A DNA stretch of 64,000 nt from Gemmatimonadales bacterium. GTDB taxonomy: Bacteria; Gemmatimonadota; Gemmatimonadetes; Gemmatimonadales; GWC2-71-9. The position numbers and the translations under genes were made by a program. Positions 15,874-24,750 of the stretch are shown here, in pieces (position 1 is the first letter of the stretch; the number at the start of each line of letters is the position of its first letter). Location: contig DATDEZ010000119.1 in the NCBI GenBank assembly GCA_036522875.1, forward strand, positions 244-64,243, written 5' to 3'. The notes beneath the pieces are model-generated. The model worked only from the letters and a program-made list of their open reading frames with translations, did not search any database and was not told where the DNA came from.

Positions 15874-16484
15874 AGGCGTTTCTCGCCGACCCAGAGCCCC
15901 TGCTCCGCCGCCAGCTTCACGAGCCCGATCGGAAGGTCGGGCTCTCCGTTTTCGACGACGAAGCGCCGGCCGCGGAGCAGGACGCGATGGGCTTCGACGA
16001 GCCATGGCGAGGTCGCCAGATCCGCGCCGACCACCACGCCGCGCGTCACCGCCGTGCGGAGTGGAATCTTTTCGCCGGCATAGAGCAGCGACAACATCGG
16101 CTGCTCTTCCATCTCACTCGGCGCGTTGATGCCGACGAAGTGGATGCCGGGCATCAGCTCGGTGAGTCGCTGCGCCTGCCGCACCGCCGAGCCGACGAGG
16201 GCGACGTAGCCGCCGGGGCCGGACAGCTCCAGCAGGGCCTGAAGATTCGCCGCGTCCGAGGACGGCGAGGGCGAAGGCGGCGCGGACGTCCCGGTCGCGG
16301 GCCGCTCTTTGAGGCGGCGGAAATTCACGATGCCGCGGGTGATGAAGTATTCCTTGGAACAGACCGGACAGCCGACGATCCCCGTGCGCACCATGCGGTC
16401 CTTCACCTCGCCGGTCGACAGGACGAGCATTTCCTCGCGGTGCGGCTCGGGGCACCTCAGCATCTCGGTGAGCTCGATGTGCAT
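15870..16484 (-). CDS. Trm112-like zinc-ribbon protein fused to a methyltransferase-like domain
   Basis: N-terminus LRCPEP...GCPVCSKEYFITRGIVNF is a Trm112/UPF0434-type ribbon. The C-terminal ~130 aa resemble a degenerate Rossmann methyltransferase. Confidence 0.5.
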   Translation of the reverse strand: MHIELTEMLRCPEPHREEMLVLSTGEVKDRMVRTGIVGCPVCSKEYFITRGIVNFRRLKERPATGTSAPPSPSPSSDAANLQALLELSGPGGYVALVGSAVRQAQRLTELMPGIHFVGINAPSEMEEQPMLSLLYAGEKIPLRTAVTRGVVVGADLATSPWLVEAHRVLLRGRRFVVENGEPDLPIGLVKLAAEQGLWVGEKRL

Positions 16485-16488
16485 GGCT

Positions 16489-16538
16489 AATCGTGCGCCG
16501 GATAATCGTGCGCCGTGCGCCGTGAGCCGTGCGCCGGA
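16489..16538. repeat. intergenic heptad-repeat element, copy A (AATCG-TGCGCCG units)
   Basis: Reads aatcgTGCGCCGgataatcgTGCGCCGTGCGCCGTGAGCCGTGCGCCGga. The 32-nt core 16507..16538 recurs in reverse complement at 49756..49787 with one mismatch. Confidence 0.8.
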
Positions 16539-16545
16539 AGACGTG

Positions 16546-18108
16546 TCACGGACGGAACTCCACCCACGTCAGCTTCCCAGCTTCGACTCTCACCTGCCTG
16601 AAGACGCGCTTGCCGTCGATCTCGACACCGAGGACATACGTCCCGGGCGGGACGTCGGAGATGGCGAAGTGCTCGTGGTACACCGGATCGGGATGGTTGC
16701 GCGGACCGTAGGTCTCGATGAATGAGAACGGCGTTTCGCGCGGCTCCGGCTTCACGAGGCCGTAGATGCGCGCTTGATAGACCGCTCGCCCCGCCGAGTC
16801 CCAGACCTGGCCGGCGAGGGTGCCGGTGCCGGGCAACGGATCGATCCACAGCTCGGGATTGCGGTTGAACGGCGGATAGCGAACCGCTGGGTCGACGATC
16901 AGGCGAGTGGAATCGAACGGTGACGCGTGCACTTCGAGATGGAGGTGGTCGTTCGTCGCGCGCCCGGTATTTCCCACGAGCGCGATGACGTCTCCCGTCT
17001 TGACCCGGTCGCCGACCTGCACGAGCAGTTTCGAGTTATGGTAGTAGACGGAGAACAGCGAGTAGGCCGAGTCGCCCGTCGTCAGTCGCCGGTCGTGCTT
17101 GATCGCGACGGTGAGGGCTCCCGCTTCCGCCGGGCCCGCGTGCACTACGACGCCGTTGCCGATCGCGTGGACGGGCGTGCCGTCGGCGTTGTTGAACTCG
17201 ACGCCCTGATGCGGCTGGAAGTTGCCGCCCATCGTCGAGCCGAATCGGTACGTCTGGTCGATGTAAGGCTGATCTTTCAGCGCGATGGGACGTCTGAACC
17301 AGGTGTGGCGGGACAGAGCGACCGTGCCGCTGCGTGGCACCCCTGTGGTGTCAGGAGGCCGCGCGCCCACGTAATCGGGCATCACGACTTTCGGCCGGAC
17401 TTTCTTCCACGTGCGACCGCCGTCGATCGATGTCTCTATCCCTCGGGGAGTCCGGATCCCGAGCGTAGATCGGGCAGTGTCCATCACCGCGAACCATTGG
17501 ACGTACTGATTCCGGATGAGTCCCCAGACCGGGTCTTTCGCGGTTGTCGTGCCGATCGAATCCGTGATCACGTGCCACGTTTGCCCGTCATCCCACGTCA
17601 ACTTGATGCCGTCGGCGGTGGCGATATATGTCGTGTCTCCGTGCGTACCGATACCGCCGGGCGTGACGTACTGCCACTCGGGTCCGAGCTGGCCGAACTC
17701 CCAGTTCTTCCACGTCTTGCCGCCGTCGGTCGAAAGGCCCCAGCCGTTGCCGACCGTGCCATACCAGATCTCACCGCGTGGCCCAAAACCGAATGCGTGG
17801 ACGAAATCCCAGGAAATCGCGTGCGCGGCGGTATCGTTCGAAGCACGAATCTGCTGCCAGCTCGACGCGCCGTTGCGCAGCACGAAGATCCCCTGCCCGT
17901 ACGTTCCGACCCAGACCGAGCCGTCGGGCGCTGGCACCCGCGCGAGCTGATGCACGCCCCACCCCGACGAATCGGGAAGCGGCGGAGTCGACTGCGCGGT
18001 CAGGCGCGCCGAGATCACGAGCGCCATGCCGCACGCGGCATGCCGCACGCGATTACCCACGCGGGCTATAGATCGCCGGTAACAGCCGGATCTCGGTGAC
18101 TGCGACAT
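16546..18108 (-). CDS. multidomain M23 peptidase (BNR/Asp-box propeller-like N-domain, M23 core, CarboxypepD_reg-like C-domain)
   Basis: Asp-box motifs STDGGKTW, WDDGQTW and SIDGGRTW. M23 motifs HQGVEF and GNTGRATNDHLHLEVH. C-terminal GTLAGQVWDSAGRAV. The start is probably internal (GTG 18060 or ATG 18027), because the first 56 nt overlap the SDR gene. Confidence 0.8.
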   Translation of the reverse strand: MSQSPRSGCYRRSIARVGNRVRHAACGMALVISARLTAQSTPPLPDSSGWGVHQLARVPAPDGSVWVGTYGQGIFVLRNGASSWQQIRASNDTAAHAISWDFVHAFGFGPRGEIWYGTVGNGWGLSTDGGKTWKNWEFGQLGPEWQYVTPGGIGTHGDTTYIATADGIKLTWDDGQTWHVITDSIGTTTAKDPVWGLIRNQYVQWFAVMDTARSTLGIRTPRGIETSIDGGRTWKKVRPKVVMPDYVGARPPDTTGVPRSGTVALSRHTWFRRPIALKDQPYIDQTYRFGSTMGGNFQPHQGVEFNNADGTPVHAIGNGVVVHAGPAEAGALTVAIKHDRRLTTGDSAYSLFSVYYHNSKLLVQVGDRVKTGDVIALVGNTGRATNDHLHLEVHASPFDSTRLIVDPAVRYPPFNRNPELWIDPLPGTGTLAGQVWDSAGRAVYQARIYGLVKPEPRETPFSFIETYGPRNHPDPVYHEHFAISDVPPGTYVLGVEIDGKRVFRQVRVEAGKLTWVEFRP

Positions 18109-18751
18109 GCTCCGGCTGCGTCACCGCATACACGACCGCCGCCGCGACGTCCTCAGCCCGCATCATGTCTTTGCGCTTCGTGAATCCGGGCTTGGCGTCC
18201 GGGTTGACGGCGTCCCAGATGTCCGTGTCCACCGGTCCCGGCGAGATCAGCGTCGTGCGCACGCCGCTCTTCGCGGTTTCCTGGCGAATCACCTCGTGCA
18301 TGCCGCGCAGGCCGAACTTGCTCGCCGCGTAGGCGGTCGAGCCGGAGAACCCGATGTAGTCGGAAATCGACCCGATGGTCACGAGGTGACCGCTGCCCCG
18401 CGCCACCATCTTCGGGACGATGGCGCGCGCGAACAGGAACGGCGCGGCGAGATTCGTCGTGAGCGTCGCCGTGAAGTCGGCGTTGCTGGTGTCGCCGAGG
18501 GACTTGATGAAAAAGATGCCGGCGTTGTTGACGAGGACGTCGGCCACGCCGACCTGCCGCTCGACCTCCGCGATCGCGCGCTCGACGTCGGCGGGCTGCG
18601 TGACGTCGCAGGGGATGTCGGTGCGGCGCTCGATCGTCTTGTGCTCGAGGCTGCGCGCGATGCGCACGACGTGCATTCCCCAGGCCCGCAGCGCGTCGGC
18701 CACGGCGAGCCCGATACCGCGAGACGCGCCCGTCACGAGCGCGATTTTCAC
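18053..18751 (-). CDS. short-chain dehydrogenase/reductase (SDR)
   Basis: 232 aa, GTG start. TGASRGIG cofactor motif, NNAG, and the catalytic YAASK. Confidence 0.9.
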   Translation of the reverse strand: MKIALVTGASRGIGLAVADALRAWGMHVVRIARSLEHKTIERRTDIPCDVTQPADVERAIAEVERQVGVADVLVNNAGIFFIKSLGDTSNADFTATLTTNLAAPFLFARAIVPKMVARGSGHLVTIGSISDYIGFSGSTAYAASKFGLRGMHEVIRQETAKSGVRTTLISPGPVDTDIWDAVNPDAKPGFTKRKDMMRAEDVAAAVVYAVTQPEHVAVTEIRLLPAIYSPRG

Positions 18752-19386
18752 AACGAGAAGCTGCCGCCGTGCACGAGCCGCAGGAACTCATCGCGCGTCT
18801 TGGCGTCGTCGCGGAACGCGCCGCGCAAGGAGCTGGTCACGGTCTTGGAATTCTGCTTCTCCACGCCCCGCATCATCATGCAGAGGTGAAAGGCCTCGAT
18901 CACGACGCCCACGCCCAGCGGCTTGAGCACGCGGCACAGCGCCTCGGCGACCTGGTCGGTCAGACGCTCCTGCACCTGCAGCCGGCGCGCGAAGACTTCC
19001 ACGACGCGCGGGATTTTGGAGAGTCCCACGATCCGGCCGCTCGGCAGATAGGCGACGTGCGCGCGGCCGAAGAAGGGCAGCATGTGGTGCTCGCACATCG
19101 AGTAGATCTCGATGTCCCGCACGCAGATCATGCTCTCGTGCTTTTCCTCGAACAGCGCGTCGCCGATGACGTCGTCGACGTCGAGCGTATAGCCGCGCGT
19201 CAGCCATTTGAGCGATGCTTCGACGCGCGCCGGCGTCTGCCGCAGCCCCTCACGTTTCGGATCCTCGCCCAGCTGCTCGAGCATTTCGTGAACGAGCGTC
19301 TGAAACGGGATGCGAATCTCCGTCGGCGCGGTGTGCTCCTCGTGGAAGCTGTGCAGACTCGCCGACTTCATCTTGTCTCGTGCCAT
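18748..19386 (-). CDS. folE: GTP cyclohydrolase I
   Basis: Internal ATG (MARDKMK...) of ORF 18748..19665. Motifs [32 protein letters not shown] and HLCMMMRGV. Confidence 0.93.
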   Translation of the reverse strand: MARDKMKSASLHSFHEEHTAPTEIRIPFQTLVHEMLEQLGEDPKREGLRQTPARVEASLKWLTRGYTLDVDDVIGDALFEEKHESMICVRDIEIYSMCEHHMLPFFGRAHVAYLPSGRIVGLSKIPRVVEVFARRLQVQERLTDQVAEALCRVLKPLGVGVVIEAFHLCMMMRGVEKQNSKTVTSSLRGAFRDDAKTRDEFLRLVHGGSFSL

Positions 19387-20605
19387 GGTAACTTGGACCC
19401 CCGTGCGGTCCCTAAAGCTACTCGCGCCGGCGTTCCAGGCGGGAGGCACGGCGCTCGCCGCGCTGTGGACCTTCCCGAGCATGCTGCTGTCCGCGTTCCT
19501 CGTGGCCTGGGGCGCCGAAGCGGCGCAGTTCCTCATCTCGCAAGGATTAGCGCTTGCGATCCTGGCCTGGCTCCAGACGCTGCCCGAGTTTGCGGTGGAG
19601 GCGGTGATCGCGTGGGATGCCGGCAAAGACCCGGCGCGGGCGCACCTCGCCATCGCGAACCTCACCGGCGCGATTCGCCTGCTGCTCGGCCTCGGCTGGC
19701 CGATGATTTACTTCGTGTTCGCCGTGGCAAGCAGGAAGCCGGGCCGCCGCAAGCTTCCAGTCATCACGCTCGAGCCGGAGCACGCCGTCGAAGTCGTCGG
19801 GCTGATTCCGCCGCTCTTGTATTTCCTGGTGGTCCTGGTGCGCCAGCGGATCGGATGGATCGACGCCGCGATCCTGATCCTCCTGTACGTCGCCTACCTG
19901 GTGGTCCTGATGCGCAACCCGCCGCGCGAGCAGGAATCGCTGGACGAGGCGCCGCGCGTGTCGCGCTGGGCGTACGGCCAGCGCGGCTGGCGGCGGCCGG
20001 CGGCCATCGGCGGGCTGTTCGTGGTCGGCGGCGCGCTGTTGTACGTCACCGCGCATCCGTTTCTCAATTCGATGATCGCGGTCGCCGCGGCGCTCGGCAT
20101 CAGCCAGTTCTTCCTGGTGCAGTGGGTCGCGCCGTTCCTGTCGGAATTCCCGGAGTTCGTCTCGACCGTCGGCTGGGCACGGCGCGTCACGCCGGCGCCG
20201 ATGGCGCTGATGAACATCGTGTCGAGCAACATCAACCAGTGGACGATTCTCGCCGCGATGATTCCGCTGGTGTACGGCTATTCGCACCTGCGGCACACCG
20301 GCGTGTGGGCGGACTTTCCGCTCGACCTGAGCCAGCGCAACGAGCTCGCGCTGACGCTGCTGCAGACGATGCTGGGCGTCCTGCTGCTCGCGAACATGGA
20401 GTTCGATTGGCGCGAGGCCACGCTGCTGGTCGTGCTGTGGGCGGTGCAGTTCGTCGCGCCAGGGCTGCGGGGAGCGGTGATGGTCGCCTACGGCATCTGG
20501 GCGGTGGTCCTGGTGATCGCGTACGTACTGAAGCGCGAGCCGCTGCGGGCGCCGGCGGCGTTCCTCGCGACGGTCAGAAAAAAACGATCGGCCGAATCCG
20601 CTTAA
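19385..20605 (+). CDS. CaCA-superfamily (sodium/calcium exchanger-like) membrane protein
   Basis: About 10 predicted TM helices with two alpha-repeat-like motifs, [10 protein letters not shown] and [12 protein letters not shown] 19385 overlaps the folE start in a CCATGG palindrome. A downstream start is possible. Confidence 0.65.
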   Translation: MVTWTPVRSLKLLAPAFQAGGTALAALWTFPSMLLSAFLVAWGAEAAQFLISQGLALAILAWLQTLPEFAVEAVIAWDAGKDPARAHLAIANLTGAIRLLLGLGWPMIYFVFAVASRKPGRRKLPVITLEPEHAVEVVGLIPPLLYFLVVLVRQRIGWIDAAILILLYVAYLVVLMRNPPREQESLDEAPRVSRWAYGQRGWRRPAAIGGLFVVGGALLYVTAHPFLNSMIAVAAALGISQFFLVQWVAPFLSEFPEFVSTVGWARRVTPAPMALMNIVSSNINQWTILAAMIPLVYGYSHLRHTGVWADFPLDLSQRNELALTLLQTMLGVLLLANMEFDWREATLLVVLWAVQFVAPGLRGAVMVAYGIWAVVLVIAYVLKREPLRAPAAFLATVRKKRSAESA

Positions 20606-20759
20606 CGCGAACCGGCCGACCGGTGAAACAGGAAACGGGAAGGATTATTGAAGCCCGAAAGTAATGACTGGTCCCTCACCACGAATTCTGTCTTCCCCCG
20701 AGGGGCATGACATGGGCCGCAGTATCTGGGTCCACAATCGAGCTTGTTGGCTCAATAAT

Positions 20760-20787
20760 TTGACTCCCCGCTCCTGGGTACTAGAAT
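20760..20787 (+). promoter_or_regulatory. candidate sigma70-type promoter (TTGACT-16 nt-TAGAAT)
   Basis: TTGACT at 20760..20765 and TAGAAT at 20782..20787, about 30 nt upstream of the ATG at 20817, within the lowest-GC intergenic stretch of the window. Confidence 0.35.
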
Positions 20788-20816
20788 AGGTTCTGACGCC
20801 CAAAGGTCAATCGCCC

Positions 20817-20978
20817 ATGAACCTCAGTCTGCTCGCTGCCATTGTGCTGCTCATCACCTGGATCCTGCTGCTGTTCGTCGCGCAGGTGCAGAGCGGCGCC
20901 ATTCACCTGCTGTACGCCGCCGCGGTCATCCTCGTCGCGCGCCGGCTGCTCGCCGGCGCGCCGCGCTTCGTGTCGTGA
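20817..20978 (+). CDS. small two-TM membrane protein, lmo0937-family-like (not in the supplied ORF track)
   Basis: Manual translation gives MNLSLLAAIVLLITWILLLFVAQVQSGAIHLLYAAAVILVARRLLAGAPRFVS (53 aa), with high GC3. Its TGA overlaps the GTG of the next gene (GTGA). Confidence 0.55.
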   Translation: MNLSLLAAIVLLITWILLLFVAQVQSGAIHLLYAAAVILVARRLLAGAPRFVS

Positions 20979-21298
20979 CGCTGGCGCGCCGTGCCTGGGA
21001 TCCGCGGATCGGCCCGCTGCAGATCGCGACCGTGCGGCGCGCGCTCGAGAGCGAAGGCATGGCGACGGCGTGGTGGTCCGACATGCCGGGCACGCGCATG
21101 GAGATCCACACGCACACGTTTCCCGAAACGCGTTGGGTGGTCGAAGGCTATCTGCGCGTGATCGCGGGGACCGACGCGATCGAGCTCGGTCCCGGCGACC
21201 GGCTCGACCTGCCGCCGCATCTCCCGCATGCCACCGAGGTCATCGGGCTCGGCCAAGTCATCTACGTGTCCGGAAAGCCGAAAAGCCTAGAGGCGTGA
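20975..21298 (+). CDS. cupin domain protein
   Basis: 107 aa. Cupin_2 motifs HTHTFPETRWVVEGYL and PGDRLDLPPHLPH. Confidence 0.78.
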   Translation: MTLARRAWDPRIGPLQIATVRRALESEGMATAWWSDMPGTRMEIHTHTFPETRWVVEGYLRVIAGTDAIELGPGDRLDLPPHLPHATEVIGLGQVIYVSGKPKSLEA

Positions 21299-21310
21299 TA
21301 CTGCGTCAAC

Positions 21311-21363
21311 AGGCGTAGAAAGGCGTACGCATTCTTACGCCGCATCACGCCTTTATTACGCCT
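21311..21363. terminator. nested hairpin between convergent genes (possible bidirectional terminator)
   Basis: Outer stem AGGCGTA (21311-17) pairs with TACGCCT (21357-63). Inner stem GGCGTA (21322-27) pairs with TACGCC (36-41). ACGCC is repeated four times. There is no clear U-tract. Confidence 0.35.
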
Positions 21364-21371
21364 TCTTGCCT

Positions 21372-22340
21372 TTAGATCTCCCAATTCGAAAACAGCACCC
21401 CCTGCGCGGCATGTCGCTCCGGGAATCCCTCGTACGTCATGCGCAGATCGGTCCAGCGCACGCGATAGCCGCGCGCGATGAGGCGGCGGAACGCGTCGTC
21501 GTATCGAGTCTGGCAGCGGATCGCGACGCGACGGATGCCGGCCTTCGCCGCGGACGCTTCGACCGCGCTGACTGCGGCATCGAAGGCGGCGTCGTCCCTG
21601 GCGGCGAGCTTCAACACCCGCACCTCGTCGCGCGTGCGACTGTCGGCGAGCGGCGCGGAGTGCCAGACGGCGAACGCGTCCACGTTGCTGCCGCGCTCGA
21701 CGAGCGACGTATCGCCGAGGCCGAGCTCGGCGGTGAGCAGGATCTCGCGCGTGAAGTCGATCCCGGACACGAGAGTGCCGCTGAGCGTCCGCATCGCGTC
21801 CATCAGCGCATCCTTCTCCTGGGCGCCGCTGCGCGATAGCAGCACCGGTGCGGGCTGGCCGCGGGTGGAGATCTCGTTGGTGAGCGTGACCGTCAGCAGG
21901 CCGGGGATGAATCCGAGTCGCGAGTAGAAACCGATGTTCTCGGGCGTCCGCGGCATCGTCTCGAGGCCAAGCGTCGTGACGCCGCGCTCGACCAGCCAGT
22001 CGGCCGCCGCACGCACGACCGTCTTCCCGACGCCCGCGCCCTGGCGATCCGGCCGCACCGCGAGCGGACCCATCCATCCTTCGACGCCCGCCAGATGCGC
22101 GATGTTGAACCCCGCGATGTCGCCATGCTCGTCGCGCCAGACCATCGCGCCGTCCCCCGCGTCGAGCAGCGCGTAGCGCCACACGAGCGGGTTGAGCTGC
22201 GGCACGCGGACGCCGATCAGCCCGTCGCGCCGGTAGCGGTCCGTGAACGCCTCCGCGAAGACGCGATTCAGTCCATCGATGTCGCGCTCGCTGGGGCGCT
22301 CGGGCCCGCTTACGCCGGTCTCAGGCAGCCACGCTCGCAT
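21372..22340 (-). CDS. GNAT family N-acetyltransferase (two-lobed)
   Basis: 322 aa. Acetyl-CoA motif AVRPDRQGAGVGKTVV, followed by a second GNAT-like lobe. The start overlaps the sbcC 3' end by 20 nt. Confidence 0.78.
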   Translation of the reverse strand: MRAWLPETGVSGPERPSERDIDGLNRVFAEAFTDRYRRDGLIGVRVPQLNPLVWRYALLDAGDGAMVWRDEHGDIAGFNIAHLAGVEGWMGPLAVRPDRQGAGVGKTVVRAAADWLVERGVTTLGLETMPRTPENIGFYSRLGFIPGLLTVTLTNEISTRGQPAPVLLSRSGAQEKDALMDAMRTLSGTLVSGIDFTREILLTAELGLGDTSLVERGSNVDAFAVWHSAPLADSRTRDEVRVLKLAARDDAAFDAAVSAVEASAAKAGIRRVAIRCQTRYDDAFRRLIARGYRVRWTDLRMTYEGFPERHAAQGVLFSNWEI

Positions 22341-24750
22341 CGGGTGGTCCTAACGTCGCGGTGTCGTCGCGCAGCACGCTGGTGCCGGCGGCGGGATCGT
22401 AAGAAACGTGGATCAAGCGGTCGAGCGCGCCACCGATGCCCTCGATGTGCGTCGTCACGATCACCTGCGGGAAGCGGTCGCCGAGGCCGCGGAGCAGCAG
22501 CAAGACATCCTGGCGCCGCGACTCGTCCAGTGAGGCGAGGATCTCGTCGAGCACGAGCAGCGACAGCGGCTGACCGGCACGTTCGGCGATCATCTGCGAG
22601 ATGGCGAGCCGCAGCACGAGATTGACAAGGTCTTCTTCTCCCCCCGACAGCACCGGCTTGGGAATACCCTCGTCGAGGACAATCGGTCGATAGTCGTCGT
22701 CGAGGTCGACCTCATCGTAGCGCCCGCCGGTGAGATCGGCCAGAAAGGCGGACGCCAGCGAGCCGATCTCCGGTCGCATCGCGGCGTTGAGGTCGGCGCG
22801 CAGATCGGAGAACGCGCGGTCCAGCTCGTTGTGCAGCCGCAGCTCGATCTTGCGCTCGGCGATCGTGCGCTCGCGGGCCGCGCGCTCGCTCACGCGCCGC
22901 TCGGCATCGCGCACGGCGCCTTCGGCCGCGACCAGCTCGCCGCGCGTCTCCGCCACCGCCAATTCCGCCGAGCGCAGCGTGTGGGTCGCGCGGTCGTGGC
23001 GCTCCCGCGCCGCCAGGAATTTCTGCTCGGAGAATCCCTGGGCGGCGACGGCCTCGCCGAGCTGGCGGACGTGCTCCTCGCGTGCCGAGAGCGCCTTCTC
23101 GGCGAGCTCCGCTTCGCTGACCAGCGCCTCGGCGCGATCGGCGCGCGCGCTCAGCACCGCGGCCTGCACCGCGACCGGCTCGAGCCGCGCGAGCTCGGCG
23201 CGCACCGTGTTGTGGCGCTCCGGATCGTAGCCGGCATCACGGGCGGCGACCTGGCGCTCGATCTCCTGCGTGCGCCTCGCGAGCCCGGCGCGCTCCTTCG
23301 TCAGGCGACTGCGCTCACGCGCCTGCTCGCGCAACGTGGCTTCGCGCTCCCCCACCTGCCGGGCCTGCTCGCGCATCGCGTCGCGGGCGCTCTCCGCCTT
23401 GGTCACCGAGTCCGGCTGCTCCGCCAGCTGCTCGATGCGTTGCTTGAGCCACTTCCCGTCCTCGACGATCAGCTCGAGCTGCTCCTCCAGCTCGCCCAAC
23501 ACCGCGGCGTGCTCCGCGCCGAGCGGCCGGCGGCAGGTCGGGCACTGACCCTCGGGACCGAGGCGCTCGATGTCGTCGCGATGCTTCTTCACCTCTTCGA
23601 ACTGTTTGAGCAGCGCGGCGCGCCGCGTGCCCGCCGCCTCCTTATCGCGCACCCACGCCGCCTGCTGCTCTTCGACCAGCTTGTCGGCGGCTTCGAGCTG
23701 TTTCGCGAGCGCGCGCGCGTCCGTGCTGACCTGCTCCAGCGCCGCTTCGGTCTCACCCAGCTCCGCGATGCGACGGTCGAGGACGTTCAGATTGCGCGTC
23801 AGCTCCGTCAGCTTGGCCTGTTCCTCACGGCGCGCGGCGTCCTCGCGATGCAACCGATCGAGCTCGGCGAGCTCTTTCTTGAGCTTCGTGATCGGCGCGA
23901 CTTCGGCGTCGAGCTTGCGGAGCTCTTCGCGCGCGGCCAGCGCCTCGGCCAATTCCTTGTCGAGTCGCTGGAACTCCTGACGTGCCACAACGACGCCCTG
24001 CTCGGCAACTCGAAGGTCACCGTGCAGCGACAACGTCCGCTCGCGCCGCTCGACCCATTGCTTCCAGCGCGGCTCTTCTTCCGCCAGCGCCTGTTGCGCC
24101 TTGGTGCGGTCCGCGGCCGCCGTCGTCGCGGCCTTCCGCGCGTCCACGAGCCGCGTCTCCGCCGCCTTGCGCTCCTTCTCGAGCTCGGCCTGCGACGGCA
24201 GCCCGGTTTCCAGTCCTTCGACTTCATGGCTCAGGCCATTGCGGCGGTCGCGAATGCGCTCCTGCGCGAGGGTGAGCTGCTCGTGTCGCAGCACGCGCGA
24301 GAGAAATGCCGCGCGCTCCGGTCGCGTCGCGTCGGCGAGCACGGCCAGCTCTTTCTGGCCCGTGAAGTACGTGTTCACGAACTCGCCGTGCGTCATCCCC
24401 AGCACGCGCTGCAGCCGGTTCGTGACTTCCTTGAGTGAATTCGCGACCACGCCGCCGTCCTGATACAGCTCGGCCGTGTTCAGGCCGCGCTCCACCCGAT
24501 AGGAGTGGCTGCCGAGCGCGAACTCGAGCTCGACGCGGACGGGCGCGCGCGCCTTGGCGCGCATGTTCCGGATCGAGTCCTTGTCGCCACGCACCGCGAC
24601 ATTGCCGTAGATCGCCCACGCGATCGCCTCGAGCAGCGACGTCTTGCCCGAGCCGTTGGGACCGATGATGCCCGTGATGCCGTTGCCGAACGCGAGCTCG
24701 GTATCGGCGTGCTGGCGGAAGTTGACGAGCCGCAGGCGCTGGAGCTTCAT
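22321..24750 (-). CDS. sbcC: SbcC/Rad50-family DNA repair ATPase
   Basis: Start at the internal ATG (MKLQRLRLVNFRQH). Walker A GPNGSGKTS, long coiled coil with a CPTC zinc hook, signature LSGGEEDL, Walker B LLVLDE. 809 aa. Confidence 0.9.
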   Translation of the reverse strand: MKLQRLRLVNFRQHADTELAFGNGITGIIGPNGSGKTSLLEAIAWAIYGNVAVRGDKDSIRNMRAKARAPVRVELEFALGSHSYRVERGLNTAELYQDGGVVANSLKEVTNRLQRVLGMTHGEFVNTYFTGQKELAVLADATRPERAAFLSRVLRHEQLTLAQERIRDRRNGLSHEVEGLETGLPSQAELEKERKAAETRLVDARKAATTAAADRTKAQQALAEEEPRWKQWVERRERTLSLHGDLRVAEQGVVVARQEFQRLDKELAEALAAREELRKLDAEVAPITKLKKELAELDRLHREDAARREEQAKLTELTRNLNVLDRRIAELGETEAALEQVSTDARALAKQLEAADKLVEEQQAAWVRDKEAAGTRRAALLKQFEEVKKHRDDIERLGPEGQCPTCRRPLGAEHAAVLGELEEQLELIVEDGKWLKQRIEQLAEQPDSVTKAESARDAMREQARQVGEREATLREQARERSRLTKERAGLARRTQEIERQVAARDAGYDPERHNTVRAELARLEPVAVQAAVLSARADRAEALVSEAELAEKALSAREEHVRQLGEAVAAQGFSEQKFLAARERHDRATHTLRSAELAVAETRGELVAAEGAVRDAERRVSERAARERTIAERKIELRLHNELDRAFSDLRADLNAAMRPEIGSLASAFLADLTGGRYDEVDLDDDYRPIVLDEGIPKPVLSGGEEDLVNLVLRLAISQMIAERAGQPLSLLVLDEILASLDESRRQDVLLLLRGLGDRFPQVIVTTHIEGIGGALDRLIHVSYDPAAGTSVLRDDTATLGPPDASVAA

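Noticed and set aside
20606-20759. SRP-RNA-like or other known ncRNA in the AT-richer spacer (the segment gtgaaacaggaaacgggaagg caught my eye)
   Set aside because: It does not reproduce the conserved SRP domain IV sequence or structure, nor any other RNA family I can recognise. It is kept only as an unassigned region in the findings.
22831-24438. 535-aa ORF antisense to sbcC, with a similar one at 26435..27982 antisense to the HerA-like gene
   Set aside because: Both are complementary to genes with intact Walker, zinc-hook and signature motifs. The long open frames are expected because stop codons are rare in this GC context.
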